A stretch of 63,862 bases of DNA, filler included, from Sluysia triapertura (GCA_046118255.1; 4 parts of 4 records of this genome joined end to end with filler, not necessarily neighbours in it), one strand, 5' to 3'. Shown: positions 1 through 13,301, numbered from the whole stretch's first letter. Numbers and translations are program-made. Notes: generated by a model from the letters alone, not told the origin.

Positions 1-15
1 GTAATTATAACTTAC

Positions 16-75
16 CTGTAAGCCATAAGGTAAATAACAAACATCCTTATAAACTTCATCACCATTATAAATCGT
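16..75 (-). CDS. Possible internal coding exon of an unidentified gene (TIYNGDEVYKDVCYLPYGLQ)
   Basis: 60-nt open frame on the minus strand bounded by AG and a strong CAG|GTAAGT donor. No recognisable family, and a second frame is also open. Confidence 0.3.
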
Positions 76-2129
76 CTTTGAATTACAGAACACGTGAGAA
101 AACATTAAATGTAATTAACACTAATAATAAAGAATATAGGAAAAGCAGTAAATCAAATAATGGTCAAAGGGTTGACAAAGACTTCTATAAAATTGACCCT
201 AATAATATCACAATAAATAAACTTCCTTCTAATCAAAATAAAGCACAGCCCTCTATAAAACAGTATTTAGATCTAACCACAACAATTGTGAATGATTTAC
301 CTTAAGCGCTTTTGAGTACTTTTGCGGTAGATATGAGCGCAATATAAATTAATTTATTATTATTTTTTTGACTTTCCTGTTTTTACATACTACTTTCGAT
401 ACATTTATTCTCTATTTTCACTTTGGCTTTTATTACTTTACTATATTCATTAAAATTTACTTTTATTTAATGTAAATATGTAGCATATAACTAAAATTAC
501 ATTATTTTATTAATTTTATAAAATTAAAAATTAAAAGTTAAAAATAATTTTTAATCGATTATATTATTAAAATGGCAGAAACTGAAGCTGCTTTGAATAT
601 ACCTTTAGGTTTGTAGTAACCATTTTATTTAATGAATTCTAAAACAAGTAATACATCAAATCAAAAACTACAAAAGACAATTTCTAATTTAATCTCAACA
701 TTTATTATGTTTTCATGTCAACAAATTGTTCAGTATGGGAATTCAATAAACATTTTTGGTGTTTTAATATAGACAAGGATATAGATATTAAAATTCGTAA
801 TGGTCCACCTTTTGTTTTTTTGTACGTGATCGTTATGGTTATGATTTAGATGGATTTTCTTTACGAGTTAAATTTCCTAGAGATTTTAAGCGAAGTATTT
901 CACGTTGTCATGAAAATAGAGATCTCAGATTTGATCACGATTTAGATAACAGCTCTAGTAGTAATATTAGTAATAGTGACCATTTAGATAGTGATCATTT
1001 AGATACTACCCATCCGTTGGTATTTCTTACAATGATTATCGTAATATGGCTCATTTTCATAATTATAATAACATTAATTCTAGCAATCAACATATTTATT
1101 ATTCATATTATTATTCATGTATTATCAACACCTTCAGCTTCACTTGGCACGTCAGACAATAAACAAAAATTCACCAAATTTTATAAATGTCATTAGTAAG
1201 CAATTTTATACTCTTGATTTTTATTCTGAAATTTTTATAATTAAATGTTTTTGTTGTATATAATAAATTAGATAAAATTTGTGGCGTTATTAATGAGTTT
1301 TATTTCGATAAAATAAAGGTACTTAAGGTCCATTTTTATATTAAACAATTGAGTAATTTTGTAATTAAATTACTAAAAAATTTTATTTTATTAACTTGTA
1401 AAGAAATTTACATGAATAAACATTGCTTTAATAGTAATAAACAATATCTTTATACCATAACAACGTCATCAGCGGCGAAATAAATTACAAATAGCTGAAC
1501 TTAAAAAGTAAAACGTGATCTTGTGAAGTTAAGTATTTCAAGTTTTCAGACTAAATGTAATTAAAATATTATTAAAATTAGTTAATTTAAAATAAACAGA
1601 AAATAAAAAACTAAAAAAATTACAAGAATTTTTTTTAATTATTTACGTAGTTTTTGGGATTCAGTTGGATATTTACTTTATATATCTTAAACATAATCAT
1701 GTATTTGACTAAATATTTTCTATTTCAAATTATTTGAAAATAATCCCAACTATGATTTACTATTACAACAGTTCAATTAATCTATAAATACATTATAATA
1801 AATCAAGAATTTGAGATAATGTCTTTACTAATGGATATTTAATAAAATCTTTAAAGCAATGCTGTTAAATGAAAATTCAATATTAAGCGTTTATTATTTA
1901 GAAAATTTATTGTTAAGTGTTCTAACGGACACAATTTGTCTATAAAATGATAAGTCATTCATCGATGAGCATATTCTGAATTGCTGCATTAAAACTGTGC
2001 GGGAAAAGTAGAAAATAAACAAGATTATTATAAGGATTAGTCAGTAGTGGCAAAAATTATAACAATATTAAATTAATAATAATAACAATAATAATAATAA
2101 TGCTATTTTTTTAATAAAGGAGCCTAATT

Positions 2130-2520
2130 TACAGCAAAAGAAATTATTAATATTCTGAGTCCGTTTACAGTATACGACTTACTAATGGCGTACCTGTAAA
2201 ACTTGATATTTTACGTGCAGAATTTAACTCAAAAACTGAGCATTCAAACTGTGTATAACTAACTTACTAATTTAATTAATAAAATTGTTAATCGGCCTCT
2301 AGCAATATTCAATTTTTTTAACTTGATAGATTCGAGTTGCTGATATTTTCAGAGATGCTATCCCTCTAATCGAATGTGGAGAATTTACACGATAACTTGG
2401 AAGATGAACTGGATATCTACGAGAACGCGTAATCTGCTAATGAATTTGATAATGTCGGTGATGATTTTTTGGAGTAACTTTGTTTTCCTTGCGATACCAA
2501 AATGGCGTATTCTAATTTCT
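2130..2520 (+). mobile_element. Partial (5') copy of the HSE-bearing dispersed repeat family
   Basis: TACAGCAAAA...GAGTCCGTTTACAGTATACGACTTA matches the 5' block of the copies at 33438 and 42655. CAAAATGGCG occurs near 2500. No clear HSE block. Confidence 0.55.
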
Positions 2521-2762
2521 TTATCTTTGTATGTCTTTATATACACACAAAGACATCTTTTAAAATTTAATTTAACTAAACAATTTTATTTCTCGAAGCT
2601 TCTTTTTTGTGATGTTTTTTAAAATAATTGAATAATTTTAATTTTAATATAATTTGAATAATAATTTCTTAAATGATAATAATTTTAATAATTTTTTATA
2701 ATATTTATATTTTTTACAATTTTTTACATAAGACATAAAACTAAAATTTTTTTCACCTTTAC

Positions 2763-2825
<63 letters not shown>
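2763..2825. repeat. (AAT)21 microsatellite
   Basis: Perfect trinucleotide run. Confidence 0.97.
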
Positions 2826-2826
<1 letters not shown>

Positions 2827-5800
2827 TGTAAAAGTTACAACAGTAATATTAAATTATAATAATTATTATAAAGAAATAATAATTATTATTATAATCAAAT
2901 AATAATAATAATAATTTGATTTAGGCTTATTAGCCTAGGTATGAGTACTTAAGTATTCTTTGTTATTTCATTTAATTGACCTTATAAGATCATATGTATA
3001 AGCGCAGTGACAATGAAAATTATTTTATAATCATTGTAGCGGGTACCAGGATATAACTTTAAGTGTTTCAAATAAATTGTCAGTCATTATGCCCATTATT
3101 GCTTATTTGGAAATTTTCGTGATGGTAACATTATCCATTTATAGTTGGATAAATTAAATAAAACTTTAAGCTACGAACTAAAAAGAAAAGCAAATCTATT
3201 GCTCCGTTTAAAAACAAATAAAATACTAGTCGTAACAATGATTTAAGTACGTATAATAATGATAGGACTTTAGAAAGACTCATATGTAAAGCGCATTTAA
3301 ATATTAATAAATATTCAAATATTTAAATATTCTAAAAGGTTTTTATGTATTTTGAATTATGTAATAATACACTTTGAGTGATGTTAATGGCATAAGTTCG
3401 TTAAAATAGAATTTAAATTATTTATTCTTATAATTAGGAGTTAATTGACAGTAGTGCTCATGACAATTTAAATTGTATTTAATATTATCTAATTTTATAT
3501 TTCTAGAAAACGAATCATTAGGAAGACTACTCCGAATATAACACAACATTGTATTATTAGGATGGAGAATTAAACATGAAAGACCATACTATACTATAAA
3601 CTATAATAGACTATATATATTATTTAGTACATACTTTGGAACTTCAGAGCATGATCCAACAATTATGTAATATCTTTTCTTTAGGTACAACTTCTTTTGG
3701 AAATTTTGTTCGGTTTGGTTATATAATACCAAATTTTTGCCTTTTATAATATTTTTTAGCATATTCTACAATACAAAATTTTCAAATCATTAAATTTTTA
3801 GTCATGCATCTAACATTATTTTATATTTTAGCTATATAGCGCATATTGAAATGCGTAATAAATGTAATGAAAAAATTATAATTATAATATGAAAGAATAA
3901 TAATAATTATTATTATTATATAAAAATAATAATATAAACTGCAATAAAACAATTTTTTGTCATAAGTGACATTAAAACAAAGTTTCACATCATTTATAAA
4001 TGAGAAATAATTATAAGAGTTATTAATTATGCACTTCTTGGAGCTACTATCATCTACTTTTCATAATATTATAAATTTTTATTAGTGACATTATGCATAC
4101 TTTCGTAATGCATTAATGTATTAACATAGTAATGATTATTTAATTAAATTACATTAAAACAAGATAACAAAAATCGAACAGATAATTATGAGGCCTGACT
4201 TGGAATAAATAATAATTCAATATTGAAAGGTTGCACTTTACAATCCCCTAGATTACATAGCTCTATAAGATATTTAAACTCGATTTAAGAAAAAAAATTA
4301 TAATGAAAATTTTGCTTCTGTAAGTAATAGTAATAAAACAAAGTTGACATTCATAAATGCTGTTATAATTCTAATATATTCTAAAGAAACAAAAGAATAT
4401 GATGATGAGTTTGAATGTCGAAAAATTCATTTATACGGATAATGAGATATTACAATCATAAAATATGATAAAAATGAAAAATTAAAGGAATGCACCATGT
4501 GGAATTGGAGTTAGATGGACTCAGTACGAAATTTCAAGATATGAAGTCTGTGATGAAATAAACAGTTTAAGAAAATGACTGTGAAAGTCCAAGAATACTC
4601 AAGCATGTATGTTAATTATTAGCAAGCTAGATAATGAAATCAGTTTTCTATATTATGCATATAGTTCCAATAATTATTTACCATCTGTTTCCCTTTTACT
4701 TGAAATTTTACATGCATTCGATGTATATATTGGTGACACTTGAAATACAAATAATTAGGATTGGGAAGATGATTAGTTTGTAACAGTTTTATGAAAATAC
4801 AGAACGAACGTTAGAATTGGTATTTAAAAAAGAAAAAATAAAAATAATAGCAGCCTGTGCTGATTTTTCTTATAAAAGCATTATATATTTAAAATTCTTT
4901 AAAGAAAAAAAATTCAGACCTAAATTCTAAAAAAAATGAAGCTAGTTAATAAATTATTTTTAAAATCTTTAATCATTATACAATAAGAGAAATCTTATTG
5001 CAACAATTTCTTTTATCCATTTAATATATTTTATTGTAATGTTTTTATTTATGTCCTTTGCTTAATATATCCAGATTATTTATCTTATTTCTTTTTGATA
5101 ATATGAGTATAATAATAAATTTATAACAGATCTGACAATGACGTTGTAGAGTTCATAATAATAATCATCCTTGAAGGAGTAAATTAATTTAAAAAAGATT
5201 ATAAAAAGAGTTGCAAATAGAACCTACGAAAACGCATATAGTATATCGTAGGCGAACTCAGGAAAAATTGAAATTTATTTTGCTTTGATTTCGCAGAATA
5301 ATAATTTACATTTTAACTATCGAAAAAAATTGGTCATGTAATAAAATTTAACACATTTGCTACCAGCGTCACATATATCAGTTCTTGATTTTCAGCCCGG
5401 CATCGCAAATATGTGGCACGTCGATAAAGTGCTGTGCATTTAAAGTCATTTCACGTGCTGTGATACAAGATTTTCTTCTCAAACAGGAAGAAATTAACTA
5501 TAGAAAAGTTATTATTGGCCAAGTGTAATAGTAGAAGAAAAGACACCACAATTAAAAACACTATATATAAAACACAAAAACACTATGTATAATTAAATCC
5601 CTAAGTATACGAAAAGAATAAATATTTGTATAAACAAAAGAAATTTCCTATATCCTGGGAATAATCTAACAAATTGCAAAAGAAAAGACAAATAGTATAA
5701 TTGTTTGGATATTTATACAAGTTTTTGAAGTTTCATAATTATAATTATACAATTATTTGTATTTGATCAACTGTATCAAAATTAAGCTACGATTAATATT

Positions 5801-7539
5801 ACGTCAATAAATAAAATCATGACTAACACATGTATATAATGTATTTATGTATTAATAACTTTTTGGTTTATTACTGTAACACTAAACGTATCACAACCGG
5901 TCAAATGACCATTTTTAGTTTTTACTTTAAAAAATACTGAAATACTATTGTTGATACCATTTCATAATATGAATTTTAATTTTATATATAAAGAAATAAA
6001 TTTACATTAATAAAAAAATTATATAATGCATCTGACGATCAGGGATAGGAATACATCAAGCCTTGGTATGTTTAGTGTTAAATTATTAGAAATTGTAATC
6101 AATAGTTTATAATCTACAAATATCCAAAACCTTGTTTAACTAATTTTATTTTTATTAGCTGAAAATTATCAAATGGTAATTACTTCACAAAGTGCAACTT
6201 TACCTTTACCTAGAAATTCAAGGTTAACTATTCGAAAGTTATCGAAACTTCACAAATTAACGTTTGTTAATGAATGTCTATTTTCAGAATTATCTGAAAA
6301 ATTTAATCAGTCAGGTTAAAAATATTTTTAATTTATCTAATTTATTGAATTTTTAATTTTTATTTTACATTTGTAAATCACAAACTGCAAGAGTGATGAG
6401 GATACTGCTTAAAATTCAGAATTTTGAACTTAAAATTAAAGTTCATTGGAACTTTTGTTCCAAAAATTATATACAAATTTAGTTCAGCGGAATTATCTAT
6501 AAATCTTTCTAAATTTTCAAATTGACCAAATAAGGTTTTGTCGGTAGGTTAAACACAAATAAAACATCTAAGCTTATCTTTTAAACTGGGAGTCGTAATC
6601 TGGCCGTTATGTACTTCCACAATGTAAATTCATGATGAGAAGTTTTTAATATCTTGGCTTATTTTCAAACAGCTAACATAGTTTATAGTTCTAAATAAGA
6701 TAAAACTATGTTTTACATCACTTTGCAGAACACGATGAGAACAACCACTTTGCGTTTCTCACGACACTCATGAAATATTCTTTGATTTGTGAGGCCTTCT
6801 CATATTACCATTTTTAATGCAGCATTGGTTATATTTTATTTTATTTCACATAACAGCTCACATAAGTGACAAAACAGCTAGTTTTATACAATTAGACAAA
6901 TAAGTTCAAGAAAAACCGTCGATTTTGAACCTGATACTTACCAATTATCGATTCTTAGAATTTTCATTGAATCGAAATATTTGTTGGTTTAGTTATTTGT
7001 AAGATCTATTTCAGGTAAAAATACACAAAAAATATGTAACTATTTAATATTACTAATTTAATATTACCTTAAAATATTTTGCAAATATGTTGTGTAATAT
7101 TAAATCAAAGACTTAATGTTGCGTTTTTTAAAATACTCTAATTCAACTCTGCATTAACTTTAAATCAAAGTAAACTTCAACTTCAATTATGCTTTCTACG
7201 ACACTAATGTTAGAATTTAACAATTACTGCAATGAATAGTAATAATAAATATCTGTTATCACGAATAAAAATTAAATATTCCAGCTAAATATTATAATTA
7301 AGAAAAATTAAAATACAAATCAAATATCAGTTAATTAAATTTATGTAAACAATAACATAAAAAATCCCAATAGTAACGCAATCCACAACATTTTAAAATA
7401 AGCGAAAGTGAAGTTTACACCAACTATAAGTATCAAATTCATTTAGACTTTAATCCACAAAACTAAGAATTTACATTAATATCAAATCAAATCAAATAGA
7501 ATTATAAAAAATTTAATTTAAAATAATAATAAAATAAAA

Positions 7540-7790
7540 TAACATCACAGTTGTCTTCGTTATTGTTTTAAAAATTTTACAACTACTTCTTTTTATACTT
7601 TCCTCTTATCTAATCACTATTGAGTTTTACAATCAAACATTATCTTATACAAATAATCTGAACATCCTTTGAGAGTCGAGCCGACAGTGAAATTTCTGTA
7701 AGTTACGCGGAACTATTTGTCAGACTTTATTAATTAATAAACACATAAACTTGATAATAATCAACCATTATTCTTTTCTGTCCTACTCGG
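7540..7790 (-). repeat. Decayed copy of the coding-like repeat also found at 11100-11380
   Basis: The reverse complement shares AATAATGGTTGAT...TCTGACA...CTCAAAGGA.GTTCA...ATTGTA.AACT.AA...TGATT.GAT with 11110-11285. Confidence 0.6.
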
Positions 7791-8624
7791 CTTATTTTCT
7801 CCTAAATTACTCCTAACATTAAAATAACAATCATTAGTATTAACAACATACATAAAAAATAATGAATATAACTTTAGTTTCAGAATTCTATTACTTTTCA
7901 GTTATTATATGGGAAAATGTTTATATTGAAAATGTTATTTTCATAATGGAAAATATTTAAGGTTCTTACTCTCAAACCATTCATTTTATAGACATTTTAA
8001 TTTAACTTCCTCTCTTTCACATCACTCATCCCATATTATCATTCTAATTATGAAAAATTTAACATTTTTGAAATACGAATTAATTAAAATTTAACTATGC
8101 TTATTATTAAGACTTTCCTTAAATGAATTCTTATATATTACTTTCGTGACATTATTTAAATTATTAACAATAATTAAATAATTATGTTAGTCTGTAAATA
8201 ATGAATACAAATTATTAAATATTCTTTAATAGTAGAAATAATAAATATTCTCAATTACAAATCAATGTCTTTACAAAATCAGTTAATAAAATACTCAAAA
8301 TTCAGGGCTGATATCACATACTAAATGTTACTACCTTTTATTAAAAAAATTAATATATGGGTCAACTAACTACACTAATAATTATCATTTTACAGTTTAA
8401 ACAAGTTGCTAAAGATGAAGCTTCAATCACAATGTTTACCACTATTGCGTTTAAGCAGTTTTTAATGGAGTTAAAGTTTTTTTCACTTATTTCTTCTGCA
8501 TTTTTTGATAAAAATGCAATCAATTATATTAGCACTTGGAAGTATAAATAAATAAATAAATAAAAATATAAATATAAATATAAAATTAAGTAAACACTAA
8601 ATTTCTTTTCCATAAAAATTTAAT

Positions 8625-8830
8625 ACCATGCATCGTACGTTATCCATACGTTTCAATAATTTGTCTGAATGGGTATTTTAATAAACATTCATTAGATATA
8701 TATACTTTGGTGATGCTTGAACATTACAACATATATAAATTTGACTTTACATGAAAATAGCTAATTTTTACGTTATCTACGTCAATGTGCTTCACCACAT
8801 CCCAATATAAGTAGTTTCAGTATTATACTT
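8625..8830 (-). repeat. Decayed copy of the 'MFAxD...IQICY' small-ORF repeat
   Basis: Shares AAATA.CTAATTTTTACGTTATCT.CGT...TGCTTC with the reverse complement of 12530-12575, with further similarity to 21690-21850. Confidence 0.55.
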
Positions 8831-9489
8831 TGTATTATTTTCTCAAAGAGATGTTTTTCACAAAATTATCAAATCAAACAATTTTTAATTAAATTAATGA
8901 ATTAATAAATTAATAAATGTACTGTTATATTTTAACGAGTAAGGCCTTATAGATGGTTCTCTCTTCATATCTTTCTGTTCGATTTTTTCTCAAAAAATCA
9001 ACAATTATAAAAATTATATTATGATAGGGTTCGTCTGTATATTACGGTTTATGTCTGGACGATGACGCAATTACAGATATGTTACTAAGACTAATTTAAA
9101 TCTTTCTTAAAAATCAAATGAAGGGTCGCTAATTTCCTTACAATCAATGTTATCTGAACTTTATAAAAATTAACTGAACTCTGGAATTGTTTAATTTTAA
9201 TTTACCTTAACTTCTTTGTCAACATAACTAATTTACCTAATAAATTTATCTTCGAAATTTTTATGTTATCAATATAATTTTTTCTCTAATCGGTTTCTCT
9301 TAAATTCCGTACGTTATCAATATAATTCTTCTAATTACTTTTCTTGAACTTAATAAATAATTAAAAATACACAAAAGACAAAATTTTATTCAGTAAATTG
9401 TAGTTTTAAAATAGGTATAATAAATGAATATAATAAGAATAAAAATATTCAATTTAAAAATAAAGAAATATATCTTTATTTATTTTGAT

Positions 9490-9780
9490 TTTAGAAAATA
9501 ATTAATCCAGGGATGATACTTGGCGTGATTAAAATGATTTTAAGTGTAAAATTGATGCTGAAAATATTTTAGCACTCCTTAATAATTACTAACTTATTGA
9601 ACAAATTAAATCCAAAAAATGTGTATTCAATTTAGTCTTCTGTCCAAATTAATATCCAAAATTTTACAGCGATCTTCGATTCCAAGTCATTGTGTAACAA
9701 CTAAATCGCTCTTCATCCAAATAATCAAATAGTCCTTAGTTCAAATCAAAATTATCCTACCACATATTCTAACGATATAT
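9490..9780. repeat. Decayed dispersed repeat, homologous to about 14650-14900
   Basis: TTAATCCAGG.GA...ATTTTAAGT...TTGA.GCT...ACTTATT.A blocks occur in the same order at both sites. Confidence 0.45.
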
Positions 9781-10203
9781 CTTATAAGATTTTAAAGTCT
9801 TTTGTGCGAATTTTTAATACATTCAGCATCTTTTTATAGTTTTCAGAAAGTGACTTTTGTTATTTTATAGCTGTAATTATAAAAATCACATAAACTAGAT
9901 ATGAAGAATTTTTTAATACTTTTTAATATTAAAAATTTTGATTTTGTTTTTTAAAAATAATTAATACATCTTAAATTAAATTTATTTAACATTTAACTCG
10001 TACCAATGTTGAACTCATTTAATAATAGACGTTTATATTTACACTATTCAACGGATGAATATCAGGCCTAAAGAGAATAAAATTAAAATACAAAATTGTA
10101 TCTAATCAAGGCGACTGGAAAAATTTATAATAATTAAATGATCATTGTAATAACTATATAATATAATGCAATTGATACTCTGTGGTTTTCGTAAATCTAA
10201 ACC

Positions 10204-11044
10204 TACGGCAAAATAAATAATTGAAAAGGGTCCAGTCACAGTAAACAAATTACAACGCATAGTTGGCGTTCTTGTAACTTAAAGTTAATAACCTTAATAT
10301 ATTTATTCAAAAAACACATCTAATACGTCTCTAACTTAGAAACTTATGTAATACAATAAAAAAATTCAACTAATAACGAGTTTATTCAATAATGATTTAT
10401 ACATAATAACTAAAAAGTATTCAAAAGTTAAAAGAAAAGAATCAAATCATTATTTTATGATTAAAATTCTTGTGAGGCCTTTAATCAAATTTTCTCAAAA
10501 TTTTCTCAAAATTTTCTCATTAAACCTGGTTCGTACAATAAAATAGTAAAAATGAAATTTAAGTATATTTTAATATTTTGATTATAAAAATCAAAATGGC
10601 CTTACAATAAAAAGATTTAATCTATCATAGACAGAGAGAAAACTGGAACAAGTAGAAAGCCAGAACGAAATGCCAAAATACCAAGTGAATTAAACCAAAA
10701 TAATTAGGAATTCCAAACTCCAAAATGACGGAATAAAGCGAATTATGTTGAAAGTTGTCTCAATGTATAACCGTAAAAATGACTAATGCGCTTCCTTATG
10801 ATTAACTGTGGGTACTTATACAAATCCACAACTAATCATAGGCGAGTAGAATTCTAGAATGTTCCAGAAAATTCTAGAACTTCTTTTCTAATTTAATAGT
10901 AAGGAATTTTCTTTTTAGAAAATAAGTTTATTTTTTGGAAAATAAACATTTCTAAAGTGATTTTAGAGGTTTTAAAAGACTTACAAATAATTTTTGAGTA
11001 TTTTACATGATTTTAGAGGGTTGTGATGACAACCTAACAATACG
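10204..11044 (+). mobile_element. Non-autonomous dispersed repeat carrying a heat-shock element array (most complete copy)
   Basis: 5' TACGGCAAAA...GGGTCC..T.ACAGTA.AC, internal CAAAATGGC, HSE at 10851-10880, 3' GATTTTAGAGGGTTGTGATGACAACCTAACAATACG. Homologous blocks at 2130, 33438, 38033, 42655 and 46525. Confidence 0.7.
10851..10880. promoter_or_regulatory. Heat-shock element: six perfect alternating pentamers
   Basis: aTTCt aGAAt gTTCc aGAAa aTTCt aGAAc matches the HSF consensus of inverted nGAAn repeats. Confidence 0.75.
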
Positions 11045-11109
11045 ATTCTGAAAGCTGTATTGTCATTAAAAAGGTGAATATTTCTTTATTGTAGAAATAG
11101 TAGAGTTTA

Positions 11110-11380
11110 TGAAAATAATGGTTGATCATTAATCAATGTTTGTGTTCTATGCCTACTAAAATCTGACAGGTCGTATTATGTAATTGTCAAAGATGTTGAT
11201 GTCGATATAATTCTCAAAGGAGGTTCAAGTGATTTATGTGAAAGAACTTTTCATTGTACAACTAAAGAATGATTGGATGATGATAAATTACAAAAGGAAA
11301 TGCTTAAAATTTTAGAACGCAATAGAAAATTTACAACCAGGAAAGAAATTAAGTATTATTCAGGTCCTAAAGTGCCATGA
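11110..11380 (+). pseudogene. Decayed ORF of a repeat family, ending just upstream of a tRNA-like sequence
   Basis: Frame ENNG*SLINVCVLCLLKSDRSYYVIVKDVDVDIILKGGSSDLCERTFHCTTKE*LDDDKLQKEMLKILERNRKFTTRKEIKYYSGPKVP* has two internal TGA. Homologous DNA at 7540-7790 (-). Confidence 0.45.
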
Positions 11381-11417
11381 TGGCATATTGACTATAATAA
11401 AATAAAATCGTTAAACG

Positions 11418-11489
11418 GGGCTGATAGCTCAGTGGTAGAGCATTCAAGCTGTGCACGAGAGGTCCTGGATTCAATCCCCGGTCAGTCCA
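11418..11489 (+). tRNA. tRNA-like sequence or pseudo-tRNA (tRNA-Cys-like body, ambiguous anticodon loop CTGTGCA)
   Basis: 7-bp acceptor stem GGGCTGA/TCAGTCC, D arm GCTC-AGTGGTA-GAGC, T loop TTCAATC with 4 of 5 stem pairs, discriminator A, then TTTT. The anticodon stem is poorly paired. Confidence 0.7.
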
Positions 11490-12452
11490 TTTTACGAAGT
11501 CTAACACAGGTCCATTTTATTTTATTAAATTATTGGAAAATTACGTAAGAATTTTTGGGAAATTTTGATATTTTTGGTTGCGTCACCCTTGGTTTATTGG
11601 TGATTAATGTTTATTAGTATTCTACTTGACAGTTTATAGTTGTTTTAGTTACTTTGAATATTAAGTTTCATTAGTGAGACTTGAAAATTGTGATGGTGGT
11701 TTAATTCATCTGTCATGCTTCTTTAATTGTAATAATAATATTGTAATATTAAATGGATTTAAAGTTAGTTTTAAAATAAATTAAATGATAATAGATAATT
11801 TTTAAAGAAGCAACAATTTATTAGAATAAAATGTGTTGTAAAAACTTAGTAAGTTTTTAATTTAGTAAGTTAAGTTTATTTTCGAAAGGAAGTAAAATTT
11901 TAAATAGAGGCAAATTTCTCTTAATTAATTTGTAACTCTTATTTACTGAGGGCAAAGTCTAGTTTAAAATATAAATAAGAAAAAATTACAGATTCGTAAG
12001 GCTTTAATTATAATATAAATAATTTTCTGCTTTTATCTAATAAATACAGAATTACAAAAGTTATAACTTACCACAAAAACAAAGTAATTTTATACTGAGA
12101 CCCTCTATTAAAGTAAATAGTTGAGTACATAAAGTAAATTAGAAAAATGCACTGTTAATTTCTACAATTGTTCACTTCTAGTTACATTTATGTTGGGACT
12201 GGTGAAGGATAAGGCTAGATATAAAGGTTCAAGACTCAGGATGACAGAATAAGGTGAACATTATTGAGGAATTGAGATTGGGACTATGCTAAATTGTAAT
12301 GATAAGGTAAGCATAAGAAATACTCGAATGAAGATAAAACGATGAGAAATACGAAAAAAAATACCCTTTTACATGTTTTATTTATTAAAATACTAAAGTA
12401 CATTTGTTAATTGATTTAATTAAAATTTATTTAATATGATAAATCAATAAAA

Positions 12453-12716
12453 ATGTTTGCTCATGATATAGTAATATTAAATTTATTGTATAATGTTGAG
12501 TTTTATTAATGGTTTTAATGATGAAGTATTGCGAAGCATGTCAACGGAGATAACGTAAAAATTAGTTATTTTAATTGATTTTTGTAATTTGAAATTAAAG
12601 TTAAATATGTCTCCATGTCTAATTATTAATGAAGTATATATCAAATTGATGCTTATAAAGATACTAATTCAAATATGTTATTAAACTTGACGTGCGACGT
12701 GCGGTTGACGCACTAG
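12453..12716 (+). repeat. Decayed copy of the 'MFAxD...IQICY' small-ORF repeat
   Basis: Translates, with a frameshift and stop, to MFAHDIVILNL...FNDEVLRSMST...FCNLKLKLNMSPCL...VYIKLMLIKILIQICY, matching ORF 21714..21908. Confidence 0.7.
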
Positions 12717-12914
12717 TATTAATGCATAATACTCCTGTGAGAAATAGATTTATTATTTCATAAATTTTATTTTTAAATTAAGTTGACAAATTACGTTATT
12801 GCTATAATATCAATGTAACAATGATTTTAAATTTTAATTAGATGATATTAAGAAGATAAAGGCATTGTTGACCACAAATCCTATTATTATTAGATAATTA
12901 AAATTAGATTGAAT

Positions 12915-13015
12915 TTGAACATAGACGGAAATTTCTGCCGAAATTCAATCAGTAAATTAGTCCGCTTATTACCGCCTAAAAGAGAATAGACAGCATTAAT
13001 TTCCGTCTTGTTCAA
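12915..13015. repeat. Small inverted-repeat (MITE-like) element
   Basis: TTGAACATAGACGGAAATT ... AATTTCCGTCTTGTTCAA, 18-19-bp arms with one bulge. Confidence 0.6.
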
Positions 13016-13255
13016 TTTCTGAATTTTAATTTCCTAAAAGCATCATAAACTGCTATATAAGCAGTTACACTTGTGCATAAAGTTAGAAAAAAGAAAAAGA
13101 TTGAACTAAGACTTAAGAGGATTAAGGGAGGCTTTCTGGCTGTAGGGACACTGCTTCAGTTCATCGGTGGATGGCGGTGTACTTGAAGTTTTTTCTTTGG
13201 CAATTAGCTGGAATCAAATAGTTTGGTATAAAGTAGGGTGTGAAGGTTAGTGAAT

Positions 13256-13301
13256 TATTTTGTATTGATTGTATTTTGTATTGATTGTATTTTGTATTGA
13301 T
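13256..13301. repeat. 16-bp tandem repeat (about 3 copies) in an LTR-like segment upstream of the Gypsy pol fragment
   Basis: TATTTTGTATTGATTG repeated about 2.9 times. Confidence 0.85.

Noticed and set aside
11418-11489. Functional host tRNA-His or tRNA-Thr
   Set aside because: The anticodon stem is mispaired and the conserved G53 is A. Multiple decayed copies sit in repeat context.
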